From: Raillietiella orientalis
Lineage: Eukaryota
DNA length: 64,000 nt
Direction of reading: 5' to 3'
NCBI GenBank assembly: GCA_036172245.1
Contig: JAYWIR010000027.1
Location: forward strand, 1,240,001-1,304,000
In this document: positions 1 through 12,010 of the stretch, one piece after another
How positions within the stretch are numbered: position 1 is the first letter of the stretch
Layout: every line of letters begins with the position of its first letter
The notes under the pieces: generated by a model
Database searches by the model: none
Told to the model about the DNA's origin: nothing
Seen by the model: only the letters and a program-made list of their open reading frames with translations
Made by a program: the position numbers and the translations under genes

Positions 1-3000
1 GACCAACGCACCGCAAAGTCATCCCTGGATGCGGAAGTTTCGCCACGAGAGACGTTTCATGACGCCTCGGGTTGAAATCTGCACGCGACCTGGTGGTGAC
101 CTCCCTCCCCATGCAAGCTTGAAGCGTCCTTTCTCCGGCGTCTGTCTCGCCCCGGTCCTGCCTGAGGCGCGCTCGCTTTTCCGCCATCCACGCTCTCTTC
201 GGCCATCGGTGGGCACACATCCCGCTGTCCGACGATCCTGGTGGTCCGTCGCTGGCTCCCGCAGGCGCCTTCCCGGACCCGCACGCTGCGCCCCTTCGGG
301 ACGGACCGTGGACCCGCAGAGGTCAGCCGCCCGAAAGAGCAGCCGCCTGCAGGGAAGTCGCCGTCATCGCCGGGCAGGTTGTGCGGCCCGAGACGTCGCC
401 AGAAGGGACGTCTCGACCCGCCTGTCGGCATACGGCGACACCGTGGTCAGCATCCTCGGCTCCATCGTCCACATCGCTGCCACCGTCATCTTCGCCGTTG
501 CCGTGATTGCTGTCATCGATGCTTCGTTCTGGTCGTCGAAAGCGCGGGAAGTGGCTCCAGCTCTCGCGCTTGCGGACGTCGGATCCGGAGGAACGCTTCC
601 GGGAAGATGGGAGGGGCGGGCGGCTGCCAGGAACAGGGAAGGAGAAGCGGTGAAGGCCGAGCTCGCCGTCGGGAAACGTCGCAGCGCTGCGAGGAGACTG
701 AGGGACCGGCATGTGCACGAAGACAGTCGCGTCGGTGACCTCGCCAGAGGGTTACTCGTCCCTCATCATCGTGGTCGGGGCGACCTGACCTGACCCACGA
801 GAAACCCTGCCATCTGCTCTCAGTGGACGCTTCCAGGCTTCGAAGGCGCAGCGGCCTCCGAGTGGAGCGACGGCGGTGGCGCCGCTCCTCGGTGTAGGGC
901 GCGGTGCAGACAGTACCGTCTGTAAGACAACGTCCCGTGGATTGAGGAGGATCTGCCTACAAATCTGAAAAAGAACGCGGGGTTTGATGCTGAAGGCGGC
1001 CTCTTGGTCAGATGGCCTTCAGAAAGAACGCCACGAAGGATGGAAAACGCAACGGCCCGAGCAAGAGGAGCAGAGGGAGGAAGAGCGCTGCCGGCAACTT
1101 CCACCGGGTTCGGACAAACGTCACGCCACCCCTCAAGGTCAGGAATTGGGAGGAAGAGGAATTCGCGATTGTGGTCATGGTGCTAGTAGAGGAAAAAAGG
1201 AGGAAGGATGGAAAAGAGGAGCTGGGAAGGAAGGGACGAGGGGGAGGAGGAGGAAGTGAAGAGGATGGGAGGAAGGGGGGGAGGGAGAAAAGGAGGCAGA
1301 AAAAAAGGAAGAGGAGGACGACGAGGAAGGAGAAGAAAGAAAGGGCGGACAGGAGATACGCAAATTCAAACGGAGTTGCAAGGGCTGCAGCATCAGCGGT
1401 CCAGCTCCTCGAAGAGAGACCCGCAGACACTCCCGCGGGAGCCTGAAGAACCGCATCTGCCTCTTCGTAGGACGCCGGCGACCCGTTGTTCCCCTCCAGC
1501 AACACGCAAAATTCTTTGAGCCACACCCCCACTCCCATTCTGAGCGCGTTCAGATATTCTCCTCTTGGCGCCGCGCCCAGCTCCCGCACGCATTCGGAAA
1601 GGAGCGCGGACTCTGGAGCGTGGCACCCCACCTCCATTCCTCCCACCCTCGAGCACCTGAGACGGCGACCACCGGGAATGCCTGTCCGGTGGGCGGCGCT
1701 TTCGGTTGCGCTCCCGCTCGAACGACCGGAGCTGACGATCGCCGCAGCCTCCGCGCGCCCCTCGGAGCGAACGGGCAACGGTCCCTGATCGACCGAGGAG
1801 AGGATGGCGCCAGCACTTCGATGGCCCTGAGGGAAGGAGGCGACGGCGAAGCAGCACGCAGACGGCGTCCCGCTCTCCTCCGCGGACCGCACGACTGCGA
1901 GGCGGCAGCAACGCCGCAGGCGACCAAGGACGCCTGCACGCGCCTGCGGGAGGAAACCGCGCGCCCGCTCCTCCGGGGCGGGCGTATCCTGCGGGATGCG
2001 CCAGACGACGCATCTAGCGCTTCTCGCCCTCCTCCGCATCCCGTCTTCGGCGCCTCCACCGCTGTCGGAGCCACCGCCACTCTCTCCGTTCCCTCCGCCC
2101 CAGGACGACGGGCACTCTCACCCGCCAGGATGCCCCCCTGCCACCCTCCCGTCCAGTGAACAAGAGCGCAGCAGCGGGGCGAATGGCGCCGCCGCCGTCC
2201 TCACACGAGTTGCCAGGAACGGAAGCGTCCGGGAGACTGTACGTCGCGTTCCGCACGGAGGTGCCCCGTTTCCCTGCCTCCGGCGCCCTTCCGGGACGGA
2301 GAGCTGAAACATCTTGACCACCCTCACCCTCAAGACTCACCTACCCCACCCCTATTCGTCACCGACTCTTCCGTAGCTTCTCCTACCCCAGGTCGCGTCT
2401 CCGGTTACGATCGAACCACTTCCTTTTCGAGACGACCCATCCCCTGCCCCTTCGTTTCGCAATTTCCCGCCCACTCGTTCCCATCCATGGCGCAGCACGC
2501 CTGAGAACATCGCTACAGGGCGCTCATCCAGCCGATCGGACCACGAGGGGGACGAAGGAGGCAACAACGTCTTCGGATCGACAGACGTCCGGGAAGCAGA
2601 CGCCACCGACGCGCAACTCGGTTGCGCGAGAGAAGAAGAAGGTAGGCGAGTCGTAAACCCAGTTGGTACGGTACGGTACATTTGTTTCCCAGTTTACGCA
2701 CACCGAGTTCCAAAGGTACGCGAAGCGCAAATACATTCGCAATCAGCAACGTGCAACGTCGTCTCGCAACACTGCAGGTGAGTTTCCTTTGCGGTTCAAT
2801 TTCCCGGATCCATGGCGACGACTGACCAGGATCCTCTCAACGAGGAATTTCAACCCCGGAAACGCAACTGCGTTTCCGTCGCCGTCTCTCTGTTCCCGGT
2901 TTCCGTAGAAACGGAGGGGACGTGACGCGACAATCAGTCTGACGGCGGAAGGGTGCGTCGCCTTGCATCCGACGCACCTGCCCACGAAGAAGGGAGCCGT

Positions 3001-5164
3001 CATTCGAGGCGTTCGCAGTCTGGTGGGCGTCTGCCGAGCGCCCTGTTGCGCGGCCGGACGTCACCATGGAGACTTCCGGAAGGGGCCACCTCCGGCGTGC
3101 GCGCCCGCCCTCCCTCCGACCCATCAACGTGGGTTCCGGAATCCGGGTGCCCGCCAGAGACGAAGACCGGATTGGGGAACGGACCCGCCCCTCGGTCCCC
3201 TTCGAAAGTGACGGACGCCTTCCTCTGTTCCGCGTCCCCGATCGCTCCACACTCCCGCGAGTTCCACCGGGAGGTCCGCAGCGTTGGCATCCTCGAACGT
3301 TTCATTTCACGGTGGCGCTCTCCATCGGACGAGACCGGGAAGCACCTGAGTCGGCAGACGCCGCCCAACATCTCTCTGCAGACAGGGACCCCAAACCAAG
3401 ACTTCGCCGGCCCTTCGAGCCCTGGCCCGTTTCCCGAATCCGTTCAATGCGATGAGCAAAGGTCAGGCACGTGCCGACCCCAAACGACCCGTCGCAGGTA
3501 TCACCGGGGATACGACCAGCGGGCAAAGAGCGCAGCGTGAGGGAGGGAGCAGACAGCCCACGACAGCAGAAATATGCAGGGCTGCGAGGGGTCGGCTCGG
3601 CGACCGTGCCCTCGATTGTCGCCGAGGGCCTGCTTCCTGGGCGACAACCGGAGGGGGAGGTTATGGAGCTCCCGTACTCTGCCGCGGGCGCCGGAGCGCT
3701 CGCGGTTGCCAGGAGACGCCCCTTCGTTCCTGCCTCCCACCTGGAGCATCCCCGCAGAGAGGTGCGGATCGCCGACGGCTCTACCAAGAGGAGGAAGCCG
3801 CGCCTCAGCCTGCCGCCTCCCGAGATTCGAAACGGGAGAAGTGAGCAAGAAGCGCTTCCCATGCCACGCAGCCTTACGCGTCGGCGGCGGGGTTCGCCTC
3901 TTGGCAACGCGCTCCGAGCGGACTGCAGCGAGGACTGTCGAGCACTGGAGAGACCCATGGACGACGTCCCCGGCCCCGTGGGTCAAGGCACAGCCAGACT
4001 CGGGAGGAGAACCCTCCGGAAGGCGCAGCTTCCGACTGTTCATGTCGGGCGACGGTCCGCCAGAGGGAGCCGCATCTTCCGCCGAAGAACGTCCGAGCGT
4101 TCGCTCCGGCCTCAGGGTGCGGATGGGCACCGCCTTCCGCCGCGCGGGACCGCAGCGCTTCCGGTCAAGTGCTGCGCCGCCGTTCCGTTCGCTCGGGTGC
4201 CGCCCGGAAATCGCGGCTTCCCGAGATCCGACCACGTCCTGCCCGCGACGCAGGCAGCCGCAGGGGGCGAACGGGCAAGCCGCTTCGCGCCCGCCATGGC
4301 CGCGCCGGGCTGTTCTGTCGGCGCCCTCGCCGGAGTCCCGACAGGACTCAGAGCGCCCCCGTGCGACCTGGTCGAGAGACACGCCCCACTGGCTCCACTC
4401 GGGTGATCTCGGCAGCGAGCCCTCTGTATGCGGCCGAAGAGTCGCCAGAGCAGGTAACGCGTCCTACCGGATTAGGGATCATCCGTCACCTCCTGAGATG
4501 TTGCCTGCGGGCGAAGGATGGGCTCTCGCTTCACCGGGGACCCATCTCCTCTTCTCGCCCTCTCCGTCCTTCCCGGGAGAGGCAGGAGAAGGTCGCGCGG
4601 ACGACCAGCCAGCCGGCGCACGCGTCGATTGCCCTGACCCCCGGGAGCCGATGCAGCCACAAGATGGGTCCCGGGGCCGCCCCCGAAAGCACGGGCTGCT
4701 CCCGCACGTGCTCCGGTGCGATCCGGACACCTGCGAGGCACCAGCGCGCAGCGGCGCTCCCCTCCGAGCGGGCAGTTCCACCCGACCGGCACCGAAGACG
4801 CGGCGGGCGCAGTCCGGCGGGAGTTCTTCTCCCGTTCCCGGTTTCCGGGAGAAGAGGGAAGAGGAAGCTCCCCTCCCCTCTCGCCGGCCGATCCCGAACG
4901 GATTTGCGCTTCCCGGTCGCATCCGCGCGCCCAGGCCGCACCCAAGCGTTCCGGCGCCAACACCTCCCCCGAGCGACGCGGGGACGGCGGCCGTGCCACA
5001 GGCAGTGCTGTCGGCATCGGAAAGTCAAATTTTTATGAAGCTGCGAGGCATTCCACGCACATCATCCGTCACGTTCCGCCGCGAGAGGCGCGCCGCTCGG
5101 CTTCCTCCTAAATTTCTTATGAAGCTCGACGCGCGCCGCTCCCGGCAACGGCTGGAGGCTGCTA

Positions 5165-7260
5165 ATGGAAACAAATACGGGAGGGATGCTTTCGGAAAGA
5201 TGCTCCTGGGGACGAATTCCGGGAGCAAGGATGGTCTTTTCCGGATGCGCGCCCGCCCTCGCGCCGGGTCAGGCGCACCTGCATCGGGGCCTGCGCGGCG
5301 AACGCATCGGCGAGTGTGGCCCCCGGCCCGCCTCCCGCAATGCCCACCGGCAGACGCCACCCGTGCGCGGAGTGTGCGTGCGGCCCCTCGGGCGCGCGCG
5401 TCTTCGGGTCGCGTTCCGCTGCGGGACGATGCGGTTCGGACCTCGCGGTAAGTGCGCGCCAAGCGCGCTTTCGTGCGCCAAGAGCAGGAATCGGAACGCC
5501 GCCGGGTTCGTGAGCTCCCCCGCGCAACGGTCGCGAGGTATTCGAGGGGCCGCCGCCGAGCTCTGGCGGCGGAAGGGTGCGTCCGAGATGGACGGGAGGC
5601 TTCCGCGCGGTCGGAGAGCGCGCGGCAGCCTGTGGGGACTCGGGACGCGACCTCGGTCCTCCGACCGTCCGATTGGAGTGACGGGTAGGAGAGCAAGCAT
5701 CTCCGGTTACGTGCAGCGCGACCTCTCCGCAGCCTGCCAGGCTCCGGAGCTGCCCTCGGGCACCGAGTCGGGTGCGTCGCTCCGCGTGCCGAAACGGGTC
5801 GCCGGCGAAGACGGACGTCTTTCCCGGACATAGAAGGATGTGCAAGTATCGAAGGACGAGGCCGCAGGCCGTGGACGGGAATTCGTCCGTGCCGCCGCGA
5901 GCCAGTTTTGGCGCCGGGCAACCCAAATCACAGGGCGACGAGTGCAGGAGCTCCTCTTTAAGCGAGAAGCGCCAGCGCCAGTGCACGGGCAGTCCGTCCT
6001 GTGAGTCCCGGAATCCCCGCGACGCTTCGGGCCCTGCGGCGGCTCGCGAGAGGCGCCGATCGACGTTCCGTCGACTCGACCGGAGTTCCCCCCCCCCTCC
6101 CTTCCCCGCAAGCCCTCCGCTGCTGAGCACACGGCGGGAAGCCGTGGATTCCGAAACCGCTGGACCAGCGACTCGGCACCGTGCTTGGCGCGTGGCGGCC
6201 AGCTTCGGCCGATGTCGCCACGCAAAGGCGGTTTCGGCTGGCTGCGGTTGCCGCAGACGAATCCGAGCTGGAAGCGGACCCACCTTCCTCCTTCGAGATT
6301 CCTCCGTTTCCAGTGCCTGGAATCCGGGAACGGTTCAGGCGTAGGCGAAGTTCAGCTGCACGACTCTGAGAGAGACGCAACGCCTGCAGCACTTGCGTTT
6401 AGGCGCGCCGCTCGCTGAATGGGATGATGGAGTGCCGGAGCAGACCCCGTTGACCCAGCAGAGTCCCCTTACCGCGAGACTGTCGCTCCTGTGGAACAAC
6501 CAAAACGGTCTCCCACACATCAAGATGGGAAGTGATCTGCGACATCTCAGGAAAGGCGAAACACCCTTGGGATGCTGGACGGCGCGTCAGCTGGCTGAAT
6601 CTCCCACCTCCGCCGCATTCTGCTGAGCGGGTCTCCTCGGAATCCCGTTGGAAAGAGTGGAGGTCCCTGCGGCGTTCCTCGACTGCTCCGTGCTTCCCCT
6701 GGAGTGACGGGAATGCGTTATGCGTTGCGGCTGCTGCATGGGGCCACCCCATGCAACGCAAGCCTCTACCGCGGGAGCACCAGGAAGTGCGGCTGCAGAG
6801 TGCGACAGGCGCGGCGGAAAGGCAACCCTGCCGCACCTGCTTTTGGCGTGCGTCGCCCTCCGGAGAGTGTGGGAGCGTTTGACCACATCCCTGAACTCCC
6901 CGGAAGACCACCCGAGGGTCTCGTTCGGAAGTCGCTTCACGAGTGGCGGGTTGTTGCCTGCCTCGAGGGTCGCAGCTCCGTGCAGCGTCCGCCGGATCGT
7001 GGCGGTCGAAGGCCCCGACGGCAGAGACCGGAACAAAAGCAGAGGAGCTACCCACCTTCTTCGTCTACCCGTTGCCGAGGATCGCGGTGAGATGGTGGAG
7101 CCTGAGGCACAACCGAGAGGAACTTGCCGGCATCCTCGAGAGGATGCGGAGGCCAACGGGGAGCGAACTGCCGCCCTTTCCCTTCCCCTCTTCCAATCAA
7201 TTCCCTTCCCTCACACATACAAATATTCTAGTCCTTTTTCGTGTTCATCTTCCCCCCTCC
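5165..7260 (+). mobile_element. Decayed L1/Tx1-like LINE ORF2 remnant (possible APE-endonuclease traces at 5' end, zf-RVT C-terminus at 3' end)
   Basis: 3' part translates with frameshifts to LLHGATPCNASL...ECDRRGGKATLPHLLLACVALRRVWERL...GTCRHPREDAE, the CCHC zf-RVT pattern shared by all copies here. The 5' part has only weak APE-like traces (TNTGGM, QAHL, RGVCV, FPGHR). Confidence 0.6.
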
Positions 7261-7961
7261 CCTCCCCCGTCCTCCCCAACCTTCACTCGCGGGCCTCTTC
7301 CGGAGACTGCTCCGAGCGGTGGACTCCTGCGGAACACGAGGAAATGGCAGCACTGCGCTGCCACTGCCGAAAGACTGGAAGATTTGTCGACCAAAGTTCC
7401 ATTTTCTACAAGAAGCGCCCCTGTGCGACCGGATGAAAATGAAAACGACGCCTCTGTGTGGTCTTTCTGTGCTTCTTCGGAAGACTCGACCGCACAGTGG
7501 AGCCTTCCGAAGAAGAGCAGCAGCATTTGGAGCCGTGCCCGGTGAGGAGTGCCCAGAAAGCAGACTCGCGCCTGCGGTGTTGAAGGTCTCGCGTTCGGAT
7601 GCCAACGGTGACCGCATCGGGAACAGCGCGTTGCTCCACAGGCTACACTTCCCACTCTCGGGCCATCGTTTCGGAGCGTCGCTCTCGGCAGGAGCGAAGG
7701 AAAGGAAGGGAGAGCTGCGGAGCCGATGGGTTTCCTGTTCGGCTGTGCAATTTCAGGTTTTTCCGCTGATGCAGGAGTTCGCCTTTTTCGCGTCGCTCTC
7801 CTTCGCACGGAGCTCCAGTCAGCCGGCTCGAAGGCGTTACACCTTTCTGGACACCCTCTCCTTCAAGGGGCGAGAGTTGGTGTTGCCAGGGTTGCGTTGG
7901 GTCATCGCACTAAGGCCAGCCTTAGCTGGCCTCAGTTCAACGAGACACCTCGTCCACGGCG

Positions 7962-8265
7962 AGGTTTTTCACCCTGTTCGTTCGAGACATTTATTACAAC
8001 GAATGATAAAAGTAACTTTTTGTGGTAAAACACGTGGTTCTACCACGTGCAATGACCCTCCCAGTGCTCTGCCAAAAGCGGTGCGCAGACCGGCGAGGTC
8101 CTCTTCGGCAGCGGAGGGGAAGGGAAGAAAACAGGATTCAAAAAGGAAGGAAACGAAAAAAAAAGGGCGGGGAAGTTTTCCTCCGGGTGCGGGGAGAGGG
8201 AAGATCGGGAGAGGATTCCTGCACGCTGCCAGGAGTCCTCTGCATCCTTTCCGGGATGCTGACTA
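7962..8265 (-). mobile_element. Short 5'-truncated LINE 3' end (mirror copy ~17352-17655 +)
   Basis: Encodes the family C-terminal peptide QHPGKDAEDSWQR, then a pyrimidine-rich UTR, the conserved hairpin and AATAAATGTC...GGGTGAAAAACCT. Confidence 0.75.
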
Positions 8266-8285
8266 GTTCTGTCCTTAATTTGCTT

Positions 8286-9740
8286 AGGTTTTTCACCCGA
8301 ATTTGCTGGGACATTTATTGTTAAAATAATAAAAGTACATATAATTAGTGAAAGTGATGAAACATGTGGCTGACCACGTCCGTCCGACTTGTCGGTCCCC
8401 GGTACGGAGACCGGCGAGGTCCTCTGCAGCAGCGAAGGAGGAGGGGAAACCGAAAATAAAACGAAAAAACGGGAAGGACGGGGAGGAGTTTTGGGGGAGG
8501 AGAGAATCACGTTTTACTAGGAGACGTCTTCTGCATGCTTTCCAGGATGCTGAGAGGTGGTGTTCTCATGCTGCCCAGGTGGGACCATCTCGAGGCGGTC
8601 TTCAGAAAGATGCGCGCCCAGTGGATGGCGTTCCTGCCATTCTGGCCTCTTCTCGCGTTCCGAGTCGCCACGATCCCGCGGAGACGGCAGAGCATTGCGA
8701 GGGACGCGGATGGAGGCAGAGCGGCACGCATGAAGAAGTGTCGTACAATGTCCCTGGGCCTGTCCACCGGGATTTCCAGGATCGTCTACAGGCGATCCCG
8801 AAGGGGTCGGAGGGTGGCACAGTCCAGCAGAGGGTGCGGGAGAGTCTCCTTCTCGCATTTGTCCCATTCAGCACCCACACTCCCCCGTATCGAATGATGG
8901 AGGCGTGCCTTCACAGGATTCCTCCAGAACCAGCACCAGCTACCGCCATTTGAGGGAGAGCGCCACTGTTCCAACACACAGAGGACCACTTCGCCTTCTC
9001 CGAACATAACGAGCAGCTCTCCCTAGCATAGTAGGGACACTCGGGGTCCCAGAGTCCGTGAGCTGCCGAGTTGTGCACGCTCTTATTGTTTTTTTTCTGC
9101 CTTGGATGCTGCAGAACATCTCCCACCTTGCTGGAAGGTCTCTGTCCCTTGCGCTTCTTAGGGAAGGCAGCACTGGGACAGGGGGCAGGCAAAGCCCACA
9201 GCATCTTGCGCGGGCTGCACGCGATCTCCTGCAGCGACTGTCGAGAGCTCCTGCCTCGTCGCAGGCAGGCGCACTCCGCCTCACTCGAGCCGTGGATCCT
9301 TCCCCTCGCGCCAACGGACTCCTGCAGCCAGGCAGTGCAGCTCGCGGGGAGGCAGGAGATCCAGGTGTTCTCCTTCACCAAGATAACCATCTGACGAAGT
9401 TGATGGCCACAGCGTCTCAAAACGGTCTCGTTGGCGACGAGGACCGATGCGAGTTCCTCGCAGCCGGTTGCTCGCTTGGCGAGGAAGCGTGCTGGCGCGC
9501 ATCAAGGCGTGGTCCATAATCTCGCCGCGAGGGCGGGTCTTCTGAATCAGAGCTGACGCTCCGTCCGCTCCAGACGAAGCTTCCACGGTGAGGTGAGCGG
9601 TCGCGTGCTGAGTTTCGCCGAGCGCACGGGAAGTCGGCGTCCCATCGCATTTCCCGATTTGGACGTCGCGTTGTCTTGGACACTGAGGGATAGATGCAAG
9701 CGTGCGCGGGTGGCACACACTCCGCGGTTCGGCCCAAAAC
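8286..9740 (-). mobile_element. 5'-truncated L1/Tx1-like LINE remnant (post-RT region, zf-RVT, 3' UTR)
   Basis: Fragments read SFVWSGRSVS (L1-type F.W.G motif), KARLHHSIRGSVGAEWDKCEKETLPHPLLDCATLRPLRDRL and QHPGKHAEDVS. 3' UTR motif as in the other copies. Confidence 0.8.
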
Positions 9741-10929
9741 ACGCTGACACTGCCCCCTAGCGAAGCACGTAGATCCCCAGGTTCGTGCAGCGCTCGGCGA
9801 ACGCGAGCTTCAGCCCGGGTCGGGAGAGGACGCCCTCCAGCACACTGTGATCCCTTCCTAAACCCCAGTGCGGGCTGCCTTCGACGGCTCTTCGGCGGCG
9901 CCCGTACGCAACTGCCTTTGACGCGCAGTCGGCCTCAAGACGCTGGCAACGCCTGTCGCATCCCCCAGAAACCGGAATGGGCTGGGATGCTACCGGTTGA
10001 TCTTGGAGGGCGTGGCGTCCCTGCTGCGGAAGCGCACGCGGGTCTCCCGCCTGACGGCGAACGGCGATGCCTGGCACCGGGAGGCTGCGGGTCCCTCCGA
10101 GCACGGCACAGGGGATCAGCCGCCCCGGAGGGCTCCAAGCCCCGAGAGCGAAAGCCGCAAGGGTGTCCGACTGCCCGTTGGAAGGAGGCGCGCGAGCGTT
10201 CGTTGGAGAAAGTTCGCTCTGGGCCCGTTGAGGTTGTTCCGTAGACGGCAGAAAAGAGTTCCGGACTGCTTTTCCGGTGCGTGAAAACCCACAAGGTTGC
10301 GCCCTAGCAATGGGGCAGAGTTGGAAAGGGCAGCTGCACAAAGGGGAGGACGGCAGCGCAAGACGGTGCGGCGCATGCGCTCGACTCACCTCGCTCCTCT
10401 AAAGCCAGTCTGCAGACGCCTCGGGATTCTGAAGGTCCTTTTAGTGGCCTCCTCGATGACGAGGAAAAGATGTCCAGCAATCCTTCGAGCCCTGCTTTTC
10501 TCTTTTTCCTTTCTCTTTTCTTTTCAAGGGTTGCCCAGGTAACGTGGGAAAGCGGACTGCCGTATCTGGAAATGCGTTTTGCTGTTCCCGGCACGCAGGA
10601 AAAGCAAGACGGCGGCTCTTCAATCCTCGACTAGTAGGGAAAGCAGAAGGAAAATCGCGGGCCCGTTCAAGAGTGCGCGTTCTCCCGTAGGTACGCCCAT
10701 GGGGCAGCCCACGAGGAAGGCACGGTTGCGCATGTTGCATGGCCCAGCTGTTCGTTTCGCTCTCCGCTGGCCTTCCGGAGAGCCTCTTCCGCTTTGCGGG
10801 AGGCGCTGAGCATTCCTAGCGCGTGCGTGACACGCGTGCACGCATGGCGCGGTCCTATACTAGCGAACGCGGCAGCCGTTCCTCTCGACGACATGTACGC
10901 GGTTACGTGCCGTCCAGCGCGGAGCAATG

Positions 10930-11678
10930 CATACCACCCCTCACGCGGTATGCACCATCCCTCACGCGAGTGCGGCCCCCATTCACCTAGAGTGGCGGGA
11001 GTCGGTGATCCTGCTATTGCATTGGGGCCTCCCGTGCGATGCCCGCCGACATCACTGGACCCGGGGGAGTGCGAACTCGAACTGCGGAAGGTGCGGCGAA
11101 AGGGATTCACTCCTGCACCTGCTCCTGGATTGTGTTGCTTGTGTGGAAGACAAGCATCCCTTCCCCTGTGGGAACGCTTTCCCGCGTCCCTGAGGATCCC
11201 TGAGGACAACCCCAGAGGCATTTCAAAGCGCCTCTTCCTGAGCGACTCTCTCACGCCGGAAGGTCTCATTCCTAGAAACGCTGTGCTGCCTACGCGGAAT
11301 CGTGGCTGCATGGAACAACGCCGCAGGAGGCCAGGACGACAGGGACGCCATCTATTTTGCTGTTCTCTTCAAGAAGACAGCGTTAAGATGGCCCCATCCG
11401 GGGATCCTAAAACGGGAACCTACCAGCATCCTGGCAAAGATGCAGAGGACTCCCTCCAGCACACCGTGATCCCTTCCTGACCCCCCACCCCCCACACCCA
11501 TTTTTTTAACTGAAGGTTTTTGTTTTATTTTTTTCCTTTTGGTTCGTCTCCCTCCGCCCCTCTGCTGCCGAGGGGAACCTCGCCGGCCTGCTCGCCGGTC
11601 CTCGACAGGTTCCTCTTATATTTGCAACGTGGCATGACCAAGCGTCCTGCCACTGGCTTCTATGTTCATTTATATAAA
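10930..11678 (+). mobile_element. 5'-truncated LINE remnant (zf-RVT plus 3' UTR)
   Basis: LLHWGLPCDARRHHWTRGSANSNCGRCGERDSLLHLLLDC and GTYQHPGKDAEDSLQHTVIPS*. The 3' UTR is closely similar to 57391-57600. Confidence 0.85.
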
Positions 11679-12010
11679 TCCGGTGACTTTGCGCGCCGCC
11701 TCGGAGAATTCTCGAGTACGGAGGACCTGGTCGGACTCGCCGCCGAGGCGGGCACGGAGGGCGGGAGGGGCAGGTCGTCCGTCCGCGTGGGAGTTCACCG
11801 ACACGCCGTTCGGAGACCGCAGTCCTCCGAACCTTCCGAGCAGCGGGGCAAGCTGCTGCCGAGAGCAGACAGGGAGACCTTGACTTCACGTCTGTTTCTC
11901 ACCCGAGTGCGCCGGGGCGTTTATTCCTAAACTATCCAGGAACAGAGTTCCCGGACAAAGGACACAGAAGAAACGAGGGGGGGGGGGGTCCTTGACACGC
12001 AGGTCGGTAA

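Larger units (their letters stand above)
1..12010 (+). repeat. Left arm of a giant inverted repeat (>=12 kb; truncated by the window start)
   Basis: Base 1 (GACCAACGCACCGCAAAGTC...) is the reverse complement of sequence ending at 25621. The ORF track is mirrored (e.g. 3574..5451+ vs 20168..22045-; 11520..11930+ vs 13683..14093-). Identity ends at ...AGGTCGGTAA (12010). Confidence 0.98.

Noticed and set aside
1140..1350. Lys/Glu/Arg-rich or hydrophobic ORFs over purine tracts (also 27492-28063 and 44640-44740)
   Set aside because: Products of GAG/AAG low-complexity DNA.
3574..5451. 625-aa ORF (and its mirror 20168..22045) plus many overlapping 200-380-aa ORFs in the arms
   Set aside because: Arg/Pro/Ala/Ser/Gly-rich, open in several frames on both strands, no recognisable domain. 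Expected from high GC content; at most a decayed LINE ORF1 region.
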